Notes under the pieces: generated by a model
Databases searched by the model: none
What the model saw: the letters and a program-made list of their open reading frames with translations, nothing else
Told to the model about the DNA's origin: nothing
In this document: piece by piece, positions 8,051 through 15,424 of the stretch
How the letters are laid out: each line of letters starts with the position of its first letter
Numbering within the stretch: the first letter of the stretch is position 1
NCBI GenBank assembly: GCA_002419295.1
Contig: DIFW01000016.1
Location: 9,043-68,809, forward strand
Source: Patescibacteria group bacterium UBA5738
GTDB lineage: Bacteria; Patescibacteriota; Minisyncoccia; Minisyncoccales; UBA5738
Length of the DNA: 59,767 nucleotides
Direction: 5' to 3'
Made by a program: the position numbers and the translations under genes

Positions 8051-9418
8051 ATGATGAATTTTTTCAAATTAATCGCGATTGCCGCGGTATTGGGGATTTT
8101 GGGGATTTTGGGGATTGATTGCGGGCGGGTTCTCGCGCAAAACGGCAACGGAGAAACCGGTGAATGCACTACCAAAGAAACTTGCCAATCGCTTTTGGAC
8201 AAATACGAAGCGTTGTTGAGGCAATATGATTCCGATATCACCAAAACCGCCGGAGAGAAAAAAACCTTGCAAAACCAGATCGCGGCATTAAAGAAAAAGA
8301 CTGAAACGCTTTCAGTGCAAATCAAGCAAAGCAACGCGATGATCGGCGAATTGAGCATTCAGATTGTTGATACCGAAGCGTCGGTGGAAAGCACTGCGGC
8401 AAAGATCGCCGAAACTCAAAAGCATTTGGCCGCGATCGTGCGCGCAATTGACGAAGCGGATCGCGTTTCTTTGATCGAAACATTGCTGGCGGGCCGTAAA
8501 TTTTCCGATTTTTTTGACAACATGGTCTATCTTGAAAGCTTGAATCGCAAATCGGGCCAGGTTTTGCGCGAAGTTAAAGACTTGAAACAATCTCTGGAAG
8601 ACCAAAAATTGGGATTGGAAAGCGAAAAAACCGATCTGGAAAAAACCACGCAAATGAAATTGTTGCAAAAACAGGAGCATGAAAAATCCCAGGCCGAATA
8701 CAATCAGGCGCTCAAAACCAAAGACGCCCAGCTGGAGCAAACCACCCAAGCCAAGCAATTGACCGCGAAAGTGATCCAGCAGATCAAGCAAAGAATGTTT
8801 GCTTTGGCCGGCGTTTCCGATACGGACGCGCCAAATTTTGAGCAGGCCTATCAAATTGCCAAAACCGCGGGCGCGGCGGTGGGAGTGCGGCCGGCGTTTT
8901 TGCTGGCAATCTTGACGCAAGAATCAAATCTGGGCAAGAATGTGGGACAATGCTATATGACCAACAATACCACCGGCGCGGGGGTGAAAATTTCCACCGG
9001 CGCGGCAATTTCCAGGGTGATGAAGCCCACGCGGGATGTGGGGCCGTTTTTGGAAATTACCGGAGCGTTGGGAAAGGATCCGCATCAGACGCGCGTTTCT
9101 TGTCCGATGAGTTTTGGCTACGGCGGCGCGATGGGTCCGGCCCAATTCATTCCCTCGACATGGAAAAGCTACGCGGCGCGATTGCAGTCGATTCTGGGGC
9201 GTCCGGGAAATCCGTGGAATATCAATGACGCCTTTCTGGCCAGCGCGCTTTATGTTTCCGATTACGGCGCGACTTCGCAAACCTATGACGGCGAATGGAA
9301 GGCGGCGATGATCTACTTTGCCGGCACGGTGAACACCAAATATCGCTTCTACGGCGACAATGTGATGAAAATCGCCCAAGGCTACGCCGACGATATTAAA
9401 GCCATTGAAGGCAATTGA
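8051..9418 (+). CDS. Secreted coiled-coil protein with C-terminal lytic-transglycosylase-like domain
   Basis: The ATG at 8051 gives the signal MMNFFKLIAIAAVLGILGILG. About 250 aa of heptad-rich coiled coil follow, resembling PcsB/EnvC. The C-terminus has LAILTQESNLG and YGGAMGPAQFIPSTW, which are SLT/MltB-like motifs. Confidence 0.75.
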   Translation: MMNFFKLIAIAAVLGILGILGIDCGRVLAQNGNGETGECTTKETCQSLLDKYEALLRQYDSDITKTAGEKKTLQNQIAALKKKTETLSVQIKQSNAMIGELSIQIVDTEASVESTAAKIAETQKHLAAIVRAIDEADRVSLIETLLAGRKFSDFFDNMVYLESLNRKSGQVLREVKDLKQSLEDQKLGLESEKTDLEKTTQMKLLQKQEHEKSQAEYNQALKTKDAQLEQTTQAKQLTAKVIQQIKQRMFALAGVSDTDAPNFEQAYQIAKTAGAAVGVRPAFLLAILTQESNLGKNVGQCYMTNNTTGAGVKISTGAAISRVMKPTRDVGPFLEITGALGKDPHQTRVSCPMSFGYGGAMGPAQFIPSTWKSYAARLQSILGRPGNPWNINDAFLASALYVSDYGATSQTYDGEWKAAMIYFAGTVNTKYRFYGDNVMKIAQGYADDIKAIEGN

Positions 9419-9425
9419 AAAATGT

Positions 9426-9480
9426 CGTATTTAAATCGTATTTAAATCGTATTTAAATCGTATTTAAATACGATTTAAAA
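9426..9480. repeat. Tandem 11-bp repeat (cgtatttaaat x4 plus a degenerate unit) containing the palindrome TATTTAAATA
   Basis: Read directly from the sequence. There are four perfect units at 9426-9469, then acgatttaaaa. The stretch cgtatttaaatacg (9459-9472) is a perfect palindrome. Confidence 0.9.
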
Positions 9481-9489
9481 AGCACAATT

Positions 9490-9663
9490 ATGAATCGTAA
9501 ATCTTCGGAGAAAAATATCCGCAAACTTACCAAAGCCGGCAAAGTTTCTTTGTCGCTGACCATCCCCCGCGAATTGGCGGTTGAACTCGGCTGGCGCGAC
9601 AACCAAAAAGTGGTGGTCAAAAAACGCGGCCAAGGTATCGTGATTGAAGATTGGAAAGAATAG
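9490..9663 (+). CDS. AbrB/SpoVT/MazE-family small DNA-binding protein (57 aa)
   Basis: My own translation is MNRKSSEKNIRKLTKAGKVSLSLTIPRELAVELGWRDNQKVVVKKRGQGIVIEDWKE. The pattern G..S..(L/V)TIP+E(L/I)....L.W..G..V is typical of the swapped-hairpin AbrB fold. The ORF is below the ORF-track cutoff. Confidence 0.7.
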   Translation: MNRKSSEKNIRKLTKAGKVSLSLTIPRELAVELGWRDNQKVVVKKRGQGIVIEDWKE

Positions 9664-9767
9664 CACAAATGTCCACCGGATCTGGAATTAAAGGAGTCAA
9701 CTCTCGCATTAACGAAGGATGGCCATTTATAGGGCGTATCCCGGTTGGCAGACGGGGGAGTGTTTTA

Positions 9768-9795
9768 TTGACAATTATATCCAATAAGATATAAT
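9768..9795 (+). promoter_or_regulatory. Sigma70-like promoter upstream of the HigB-like gene
   Basis: TTGACA (9768-9773), a 16-nt spacer and TATAAT (9790-9795) lie 27 nt upstream of the ATG at 9822. Confidence 0.55.
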
Positions 9796-9821
9796 GTTTT
9801 ATTATGCGGACGGCGTAAATT

Positions 9822-10223
9822 ATGAATATTATTTACTATTGCGATTCAGATTTGAAATTTTGTCCCGTAAAACAATATTTAAACCGATTCAATGCAAGCG
9901 CCGCCAAAGACGCGAAGCTGATTGCGGCCATTAATAGCAAGATAATTTTTTTAAGCAACCGGGAAAACCATCCTTGTCCGCCAATATCAAAACCGTTGCG
10001 TGGTTATAGTTTCTTTGAGATAAGGCACAGGAAAAACAAAAATATTCTTATCAGAGTAATTTACTTTTGTTGTGATGGGAAAATGGTTTTATTAAACGCT
10101 TTTGAAAAACCTGATGATTATGGTTCGCAAAAAATCAAAAAAGGAATCGAAAAAATATTTGATATGGCCGAAATATACCGCCAAAAATATTTAAAAAACA
10201 AAAATCTTTATGAAAATTACTAA
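9822..10223 (+). CDS. RelE/HigB-superfamily toxin (Gp49/DUF891-like)
   Basis: This 133-aa protein contains LRGYSFFEIRHRKNKNILIRVIYFCCDGKMVLLNAFEKP, matching the G.LWELR....YR(I/V).YF......(I/V)LL..F.K pattern of the Gp49-like toxins. It overlaps the downstream HTH gene by 14 nt. Confidence 0.75.
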   Translation: MNIIYYCDSDLKFCPVKQYLNRFNASAAKDAKLIAAINSKIIFLSNRENHPCPPISKPLRGYSFFEIRHRKNKNILIRVIYFCCDGKMVLLNAFEKPDDYGSQKIKKGIEKIFDMAEIYRQKYLKNKNLYENY

Positions 10224-10593
10224 TAAAAAAAATATTGATCCCATTGCCGAGGCAAAAAAGAGCAAACATTTTAAAAAATATTCCGATGAGGCGGATGTGC
10301 GAATCAGGTTCGCAAATGCGGTTTATAGCACCAGAACCAAAATGGAGATTAGCCAGCAGGAACTGGCTAAAAGAGCCGAAACAACACAAAAAAGAATATC
10401 TAACATAGAGAACGCGGATATTGATTTGGGCATGGGAGCGATTTATAGAATATCGCAAGCGCTTTGCCTTGATTCAAAAACATTGGCCGATATTTTTGGT
10501 TGTGATTTTATCAATTACAGCATAGTGTGCGGCGAGACCGTGAACAGCCATATTGGCCAAACCGAAAAGTTTTTGACAAAAATTTATTATTAA
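10210..10593 (+). CDS. XRE-family helix-turn-helix antitoxin (HigA-like)
   Basis: The HTH is MEISQQELAKRAETTQKRISNIENADIDLGMGAIYRISQAL. Its start overlaps the stop of the toxin gene. Confidence 0.8.
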   Translation: MKITNKKNIDPIAEAKKSKHFKKYSDEADVRIRFANAVYSTRTKMEISQQELAKRAETTQKRISNIENADIDLGMGAIYRISQALCLDSKTLADIFGCDFINYSIVCGETVNSHIGQTEKFLTKIYY

Positions 10594-10603
10594 ATTTAAA
10601 AAA

Positions 10604-11002
10604 ATGCTTAATTGTAAATATATGCTGGTTTGCGAAAACGCGATAGTTGATTCCGTCAGCAAAGCGACCTCGCTGATCAATATTGTGAATGGTATCAAGA
10701 TTACGAAAGCGCCGGTAGCGATTCCGTTTAAGTTTGTTGTCCATACCGCTTGGGAGAGAGACGCAAAAAACGATATTGACGATAAGGTCCAAATAGCGGT
10801 TAGGCAGCCGGATAGCGATGCGGAAAAAATTCTGGCCGAAATAAAAATTCCGGGCTCGTCTTTGGGACACAATCATAATTTGAATATTATTGGATTAAAG
10901 ATTGATAATTTCGGCGATCTTTATTTTATAGCGAGGGTTAAGGAGGGCGAAAACTTTCGCGAAGCGGGCCGTTGCAGATTTAGAATCGACAAAGCGGCAT
11001 AG
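10604..11002 (+). CDS. Hypothetical protein
   Basis: This 132-aa ORF sits in the AT-rich islet and its composition looks protein-like. I cannot assign a family; the true start may be the ATG at 10622. Confidence 0.5.
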   Translation: MLNCKYMLVCENAIVDSVSKATSLINIVNGIKITKAPVAIPFKFVVHTAWERDAKNDIDDKVQIAVRQPDSDAEKILAEIKIPGSSLGHNHNLNIIGLKIDNFGDLYFIARVKEGENFREAGRCRFRIDKAA

Positions 11003-11291
11003 TGTAGCTTCAAAGTTAAATTATGGCAAACAGCAATCCCACAAACAGCTCGCGATTGTGTTTGAGGAATATGTTGCCAAAATCGCGCCAGATGGGGAAA
11101 TTACCGAAGACGATCCCAAATTGAATCTCATTATTCCGAATAATTTAGCGATGCCGATTTAGGATGCTTGTCCGCGGAGTGTTGATTGAGGGGCGGGCGG
11201 GGCGCGTATAGAAAAATAAAAACCATTTTGCGGGATGGTGGCTTTTAGAAAACAGATTGAATTTTTTTAGCGGGCAAGCCGGCAAATGAAG

Positions 11292-12347
11292 TCAATTATT
11301 CAGATCGTCAAGTTCTTCTTGCAAGGTTTGGGCGATGTTGGAAAGATTGCCGTTGAAGATGCCTTCAATGTCGTGCCAGCTTTTTTTCACGCGGTGGTCG
11401 GTGACGCGATCCTGCGGAATATTGTAGGTGCGGATCTTTTCACTGCGCTCTCCGCCGCCGATCTGTTCTTTGCGCGCGCCGCCGAAAGCCGATTCTTCAT
11501 CTTGCCGTTTTTTTTCTTGCAGGCGGTAAACAAGCAGAGCCATCGCGTTTTCCCGATTTTGCAATTGGTTGCGCTCGGTCTGCGAAAACACCGACAAGCC
11601 TGTCGCGATGTGCGTGATGCGCACCGCGGATTCCCGTTTGTTGACGAACTGCCCGCCCGGCCCCGAAGAGCGGCAAAACTCCACTCTGATCTCGTCGGGA
11701 CGGAGAGAGATTTCGCTTTTTTTGGGTTTGGGCAAAACGGCCACGGTGGCGGTGGAAGTGTGGATGCGTCCGCTTTTTTCGGTTTCCGGGATCCGTTGAA
11801 CCCGATGCACGCCGCCTTCATTGCGCATCAAATCCCAAACATCACGGCCTTTCAGTTCAAAAATTACTTCCTTGCAACCGCCGATTTCGGTGAGGCTTTG
11901 GTCCAAGGTTTTTTGTTTCCAGCCGTTATTTTGGGCAAAACGCGAATACATCCGGTAAAGATCGGCGGCAAACAGCGCGGATTCTTGTCCGCCCGCGCCC
12001 GCGCGTATTTCCACGACAATCGCGTCGGGCCCGGAAGGCTTGCTTTCGGCCTTGATCAATTCTCGCAGTTCGCTTTCCAGCGCGATTCTCCGCGTTTTTA
12101 ATTGTTCGGTTTCAACTTCGGCCAAAGACATCAGCTCCGGATCTTCTTCGGAAGCCGCGATCAGCCGATTTTCTTCAATTTTATTGTCAATTTCCTTGAT
12201 TTCGTTTTCTTTTTCAATCACTTTTTCCAAATATGACTTTCTTTTGTTCAACTCTTCAAATTTTTCCCAATCCGAAATCAGCCCGGGGTCGCCGAGCTGT
12301 TCAATCAACCGATCATATTCTTCTTGAGGCAAAAGAGCTTGTGCCAT
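11292..12347 (-). CDS. prfA: Peptide chain release factor 1
   Basis: It has the GGQ motif (SGPGGQFVNK) and the RF1-type PxT tripeptide (RIPETE), followed by GRIHTSTATVAVLP. Confidence 0.95.
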   Translation of the reverse strand: MAQALLPQEEYDRLIEQLGDPGLISDWEKFEELNKRKSYLEKVIEKENEIKEIDNKIEENRLIAASEEDPELMSLAEVETEQLKTRRIALESELRELIKAESKPSGPDAIVVEIRAGAGGQESALFAADLYRMYSRFAQNNGWKQKTLDQSLTEIGGCKEVIFELKGRDVWDLMRNEGGVHRVQRIPETEKSGRIHTSTATVAVLPKPKKSEISLRPDEIRVEFCRSSGPGGQFVNKRESAVRITHIATGLSVFSQTERNQLQNRENAMALLVYRLQEKKRQDEESAFGGARKEQIGGGERSEKIRTYNIPQDRVTDHRVKKSWHDIEGIFNGNLSNIAQTLQEELDDLNN

Positions 12348-12349
12348 TT

Positions 12350-12577
12350 CTACTTGGATTTTTTGGCCAATTTTTCTTTTTTGGCAACCTTTTTCAAGAA
12401 TTTATCCACTCTTCCCATCGCGCCAATGAGTTTGGCTTTGCCGGTATAGAAAGGATGGCAGGCCGAACAAGTCTCAATTTCGCTGTATTCTTTGGACGAA
12501 CCGATCTTGTAGGTTTGGCCGCAAGAGCATTTGGTTTGCGCCTCGGGGTAATATTTTGGATGAATATCTTTTTTCAT
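12350..12577 (-). CDS. rpmE: 50S ribosomal protein L31
   Basis: The protein reads MKKDIHPKYY...CSCGQ...CSACHPFYTGK. The ATG at 12575-12577 was chosen inside the longer ORF. Confidence 0.9.
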   Translation of the reverse strand: MKKDIHPKYYPEAQTKCSCGQTYKIGSSKEYSEIETCSACHPFYTGKAKLIGAMGRVDKFLKKVAKKEKLAKKSK

Positions 12578-12710
12578 AATGACATCATATAACAAACGGC
12601 AAAAATTTGCAAGAATCGGCAAGCTGTGATATAGAATACGATGTGTCCGGGTAATCCGGCAATTCGGAGCGGAGTCGGATAAATATTATTAATATATCAT
12701 AAAAATCCAT

Positions 12711-13436
12711 ATGGCGGTTAATTTATCAGTTGAAGAAATGAACGGCGCCGGACTTCAGTTCGGCCACAAAAAATCAAAGGTTCATCCGAAAATGAAAAGC
12801 TTTTTGCTTGGAGTGAGGAACACGATTTTTGTTATTGACCTAAACAAGACCAAAGAAAAATTCGCCGCCGCGCTGGAATATATGCGCGGTTTGGCCGCCG
12901 AAGACAAAGTTGTTATTTTCGTGGGTACAAAAACCCAGTTCAAAAAAATGATCAAAGAAACCGCGGTGGCTTGCGGGATGCCCTATGTGAGCGAGCGCTG
13001 GATGGGCGGAACTTTTACGAATTTCAAAATTATCAAAAAACGCGTTGACCACTATAAAGAACTGGAGCGCAAAACCGAAGCCGGCGAATTTGAAAAGTAC
13101 ACCAAAAAAGAACAGGCCGTTATCCAAAAAGAGATTAAAGTTTTGGAGAAAAAATTCGAGGGGATCAAAATGATGGAGCGCATTCCCGACGCGATGTTCG
13201 TGGTGGATATGGAAAAAGACAAACTGGCGATCAAAGAAGCCCGCCAGAACGGCGTGAAGGTGATCGGCATTGCCGATGTGAACATCAACCCCGATCTTGC
13301 GGATTATCCCATTATTGCCAATGATGACGCGGTAACTTCGGTGAAATACATTTTGGAAAAGGCCAAGGAAGCGATTACTGAAGGCAAACAGGCATCTGCC
13401 GCGTCTGCTTCCGCCAATGCCTCGAAGGAAAATTAA
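12711..13436 (+). CDS. rpsB: 30S ribosomal protein S2
   Basis: Motifs GLQFGHKKSKVHPKM, FVGTKTQ and PYVSERWMGGTFTNF are present. Confidence 0.95.
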   Translation: MAVNLSVEEMNGAGLQFGHKKSKVHPKMKSFLLGVRNTIFVIDLNKTKEKFAAALEYMRGLAAEDKVVIFVGTKTQFKKMIKETAVACGMPYVSERWMGGTFTNFKIIKKRVDHYKELERKTEAGEFEKYTKKEQAVIQKEIKVLEKKFEGIKMMERIPDAMFVVDMEKDKLAIKEARQNGVKVIGIADVNINPDLADYPIIANDDAVTSVKYILEKAKEAITEGKQASAASASANASKEN

Positions 13437-13522
13437 AGAAAAGGGAAAGCGAAAATTTAAAATTGAAGACCGATATCGTCCGGCAATTTTTCATTTTCAA
13501 TTTTTACTTTTTAATTTGTAAT

Positions 13523-13966
13523 ATGGCCAACATTGAACTTATCAAACAGCTTCGCGATGAAACCGGCATTTCCATCGGCGAATGCAAGAAAGCCGTTGAA
13601 GAAGGCGGCAGTATCGAAAAAGCCAAAGAAATTTTGAAAAAATGGGGCAAGGATTTGGCGGCCAAAAAAGAAGACCGCAATACGGGGCAGGGCAAAATTG
13701 AAGCATATATCCATGCCAACGGCAAGGTCGGCGTGATGGTGGAATTGCGCTGTGAGACCGATTTTGTGGCCAAATCGCAAGATTTTCAAAACTTGGCTCA
13801 CGAGCTTTGCTTGCAGTCGGCGGCGATGGGGGATGATCCAAAAACTCTTTTAACATTGCCGTGGATCAAGGATTCTTCCAAAACCGCCAAAGATTTGATT
13901 GATGAAACGATTGCCAAAGTCGGCGAAAATATCGTTTTGCAAAAAGCGGTTCGTTTTGAGATTTAG
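13523..13966 (+). CDS. tsf: Elongation factor Ts, unusually short form (147 aa)
   Basis: The UBA-like N-terminus is MANIELIKQLRDETGISIGECKKAVEE, and ETDFVAKSQDFQ is present. It sits directly downstream of rpsB. Confidence 0.85.
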   Translation: MANIELIKQLRDETGISIGECKKAVEEGGSIEKAKEILKKWGKDLAAKKEDRNTGQGKIEAYIHANGKVGVMVELRCETDFVAKSQDFQNLAHELCLQSAAMGDDPKTLLTLPWIKDSSKTAKDLIDETIAKVGENIVLQKAVRFEI

Positions 13967-13980
13967 ACCAAAGAACCTTT

Positions 13981-14553
13981 ATGGTTGAAATTATCGCTTC
14001 CCTAGTGCTTGTTGGCAGTATCGCGGGCGCGGGGAGCATTCTTGTTCGCAAAATGCCGCGCGCGATCAAAACTCTTGAAATTGAGGAATCTTCCGGTCGA
14101 TTTGGCTGGCGCGCCGGATTTGCTTGGTTGTCGGCAAAAATCAGGCAAAATCCGCGCCTGAAAGATTTTTCGTGGCTGGATTTTTTGCAAAAAAAGCTTT
14201 TAAAGATCAGGGTGGCGGTTTTGAAAGTTGACAATAAGATCAACGACTTTGCGGCAAAATTGCGCCAGCGGGCGGAAAAAGAGCAACGCAAAGACGAGGG
14301 CGAAACGATTGATGATAATTATTGGCGCGATCTCAAAACTATCGTTAAAAACAAGCAATTGCCTTCGGTCGCCAAAAAACAGAGAATTGCCGCCATCGCC
14401 GCGAACACGGATAATCAAGTTGAAAGGGCGGATGAAGACGCGTTGCCGGTGAAGCGAGTGGTGACGCCTGAACAAACGGCGGCCAAGGCTGGCAGGACAA
14501 AAAAAAGACGATTAAACCGGAAGAAAAAAACCGGCGATCCTTTTGCTTGGTAG
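13981..14553 (+). CDS. Hypothetical membrane-anchored, highly basic protein
   Basis: This 190-aa ORF has an N-terminal TM segment (IIASLVLVGSIAGAGSILV) and a Lys/Arg-rich tail. Confidence 0.5.
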   Translation: MVEIIASLVLVGSIAGAGSILVRKMPRAIKTLEIEESSGRFGWRAGFAWLSAKIRQNPRLKDFSWLDFLQKKLLKIRVAVLKVDNKINDFAAKLRQRAEKEQRKDEGETIDDNYWRDLKTIVKNKQLPSVAKKQRIAAIAANTDNQVERADEDALPVKRVVTPEQTAAKAGRTKKRRLNRKKKTGDPFAW

Positions 14554-14584
14554 TTTTCCCGCTATCCTTGACCAATTATTAACC

Positions 14585-14656
14585 GCCGGGGTAGCTCAAT
14601 GGCAGAGCAACTGTTTTGTAAACAGTAGGTTGGGGGTTCAAGTCCTCTCCTCGGCT
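14585..14656 (+). tRNA. tRNA-Thr (anticodon UGU)
   Basis: I folded the cloverleaf by hand. The acceptor stem is GCCGGGG/CCTCGGC with one G-U pair, and the D arm is GCTC-aatggca-GAGC. The anticodon arm is ACTGT-ttTGTaa-ACAGT and the T arm is GGGGG-ttcaagt-CCTCT. CCA is not encoded. Confidence 0.85.
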
Positions 14657-14688
14657 CAATTAATCTCGGTAAATTTGTATGAGATAAA

Positions 14689-14752
14689 TAGGTTGGGGGT
14701 TTTCCGCCCGAGGCGGCCCCGTCCTTTGGCGGGAAGTCCTCTCCTCGGCTCA
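14689..14752 (+). repeat. Duplicated 3' part of tRNA-Thr (T arm plus acceptor 3' strand) interrupted by a roughly 31-nt GC-rich insert in the T-loop
   Basis: The segments taggttgggggtt (14689-14701) and aagtcctctcctcggctca (14734-14752) repeat 14626-14638 and 14640-14658. The insert ttccgcccgaggcggccccgtcctttggcggg separates them. Confidence 0.8.
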
Positions 14753-14797
14753 TTCGGCTGTTTTTGGAGCACGCGATTTGTATTTTTGCGCGGGAGA

Positions 14798-14825
14798 TTG
14801 CGCCAGAATTCGGGCGTGGTATAAT
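14798..14825 (+). promoter_or_regulatory. Sigma70-like promoter with extended -10
   Basis: TTGCGC, a 16-nt spacer and TGgTATAAT (TATAAT at 14820-14825) lie upstream of the ATG at 14843. Confidence 0.5.
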
Positions 14826-14842
14826 GGGGTTATTACCCTGTT

Positions 14843-15268
14843 ATGGCAAACAAAACCGGCAAAAAAAATACCAAACTTGAAAAATCTTCGCAGGAAGATC
14901 AGTTTGTGGTTTTGTTGGAAAATATGCGCGACGAGATCAAGCTGGTGGCCGAAGGAAATTTGATGTTGCAGGAAAGCATGGAAAGAGGGTTTAAAGAAAT
15001 CCGCAAAGAATTCAAAGAAGAGATCAATGATTTAAGGATTGATATAAAAACGGAAATGAATGATATGAAAACGGAAATGAATGATATGAAAATGGAAATG
15101 AATGATATGAAAACGGAAATGAATGATATGAAAACGGAAATGAAAATGGGGTTTAAAGGGATGATGGCTGAATCGTTGGCGATGGACAAAAAAGTGGACG
15201 AAAAAGCCGACAAGAAAGATTTACTCGTTTTGGAAAAACGCGTTGCCAAATTGGAAACCGCGCGCTGA
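14843..15268 (+). CDS. Hypothetical coiled-coil protein with tandem TEMNDMK heptads
   Basis: This 141-aa charged protein is heptad-rich, and an internal 21-bp tandem repeat encodes (K)TEMNDM. Confidence 0.65.
   Translation: MANKTGKKNTKLEKSSQEDQFVVLLENMRDEIKLVAEGNLMLQESMERGFKEIRKEFKEEINDLRIDIKTEMNDMKTEMNDMKMEMNDMKTEMNDMKTEMKMGFKGMMAESLAMDKKVDEKADKKDLLVLEKRVAKLETAR
15050..15146 (+). repeat. 21-bp tandem repeat (acggaaatgaatgatatgaaa, about 4.6 copies) inside a CDS
   Basis: Read directly from the sequence. Copies 1, 2 and 4 are identical and copy 3 differs by one base. Confidence 0.95.
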
Positions 15269-15424
15269 AAAATTAAAAGACAAAAAAATTTAAAAGATCG
15301 CCCTCGCCTTCGATTTTTTTGGAATATTGGAATATATGTTTGCCGCTATTTATTTATCTGCCAGAATACCCCGTCGGCTTTGCCGCGGGGATGAATGGTT
15401 GCCCGGAGCGTAGCGGAAGGAATA

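Noticed and set aside
8312-8920. 202-aa minus-strand ORF inside the coiled-coil/LT gene
   Set aside because: It is antisense to a gene with clear signal, coiled-coil and catalytic motifs. Its Gln/Phe/Leu-rich repetitive translation mirrors the complementary heptads.
9426-9480. CRISPR array
   Set aside because: The 11-12-bp units are directly adjacent with no spacers. This also holds at 26816-26880. No cas genes are present.
9426-9480. Replication origin (iterons/DnaA boxes)
   Set aside because: I recognised no DnaA-box consensus (TTATCCACA) cluster. No dnaA or dnaN gene is nearby. The repeat recurs at two other loci.
11023-11160. Small ORFs after the 132-aa gene (ATG at 11023; alternative frame ...QLAIVFEEYVAKIAPDGEITEDDPKLNLIIPNNLAMPI*)
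   Set aside because: The ATG frame gives a low-complexity 33-aa peptide. The protein-like frame has no start codon. I mention it only as a possible gene remnant and did not annotate it.
11286-12101. 271-aa plus-strand ORF
   Set aside because: It lies entirely antisense to prfA, whose identity is certain (GGQ, PxT). It is a shadow ORF.
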